A DNA stretch of 63,684 nucleotides, counting the filler, from Octopus bimaculoides (taxonomy: Eukaryota), in NCBI RefSeq assembly GCF_001194135.2. It is 6 parts of 6 records of this genome, joined end to end, with 100 filler letters (N's around TTAATTAATTAA, not from the genome) between each part and the next. Parts side by side here need not be neighbours in the genome. Positions count along the whole stretch, not along the records: positions 61,028 to 63,684 come from NC_068987.1; 5 more parts are not named here. One strand, 5' to 3'. Below are positions 62,965-63,684 of this stretch, one piece after another. Position 1 is the first letter of the stretch; every line of letters begins with the position of its first letter. The notes below the pieces were generated by a model. That model did not search any database, was not told where the DNA came from, and saw only the letters and a program-made list of their open reading frames with translations. The translations under genes were made by a program, and so were the position numbers.

Positions 62965-63560
62965 ATTAATGTATATTATATATATGGATGCGTACAAATA
63001 TGTATATACGCACATTCATATATACATAAGTTAATATATTCACACACATGCATACATACAACAAAATACATAAATATATTCATTTCTGTACCCATTTATA
63101 CACATACAAGGATACACACATATACATAATTATATACATACGTACCTACATGTGGTGATGTATTCATTAACAGAAACGTGTGTGGGGCTACTTACAAACA
63201 GTATAATTACTTTCAAGTGTGTCCATATGTTGACACAGACCAAGACACACACACACAGGCGCAAACACGTACAGACACTCGCACGTGCGTCAACATACAG
63301 ATTCACACACGCATATAGACACTAACATAAGGCAATATATATATATATATAAAACATAAATTCTTTATTTCAAAGTCCTGTCCACGTAAGTACATATACA
63401 TATGTGTATGTATACATGAGTGTGCATGCGTGCATGTACATATGTGTGTGTAAAAAACACGCGCGCGCAAACACACACACATACGCATATACACACTTAG
63501 TAGAATGAGAAATAGAAAGTCCTTGATTCAGTGTTATATATTTGAAAAAAAATGAATAGA

Positions 63561-63640
63561 AATGGCTTTTCTGATAATTCTTCCACTTTAATAATTAGAT
63601 GTCTAATTATTAAAGTGGAAATATTATCAGAAAAGCCATT
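63561..63640. repeat. 39-bp-arm hairpin
   Basis: aatggcttttctgataattcttccactttaataattaga-tg-tctaattattaaagtggaaatattatcagaaaagccatt, 2 mismatches. Confidence 0.95.
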
Positions 63641-63684
63641 GATATTTATTTTTTCAACTATATATACATACATACATACATACA

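Overview
AT-rich, intron/intergenic-type animal DNA from a gapped short-read assembly. It is very likely octopus (coleoid cephalopod), inferred from the extreme microsatellite density and tRNA-derived SINE families resembling those known from octopus. No intact multi-exon gene, rRNA, tRNA or CRISPR array can be supported, and almost every ORF in the track comes from microsatellites, N-gaps or the antisense strand of repeats. Supportable content: about 20 copies or fragments of at least 4 SINE families; decayed RLE-type (R4/Dong-like) and CR1/L2-like LINE pieces; three decayed Tc1/mariner transposase remnants plus two mariner-type MITEs; and two foldback elements sharing a TATCCGG terminus. Five 44N-TTAATTAATTAA-44N scaffolding linkers split the window into six independently assembled blocks. 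Best leads: (1) a CpG-rich promoter-like island with a 3-codon uORF and a Cys-cluster micro-ORF or first exon MYRAFTCCFWCQCCREQ (58331); (2) a 340-bp inverted repeat pair (39995-41883) and several near-perfect palindromes; (3) a compact predicted RNA pseudoknot between 11-bp direct repeats (62042-62176); (4) tandem decayed gag-knuckle ORF1-like units without a co-oriented ORF2 (11590-13830); (5) decayed Penelope-type hammerhead motifs; (6) a 15-bp minisatellite reading as pentapeptide repeats; (7) a chain of 66/99/66-nt phase-1 candidate exons encoding a basic peptide. None is proof of a new biological system; all need the stated checks.
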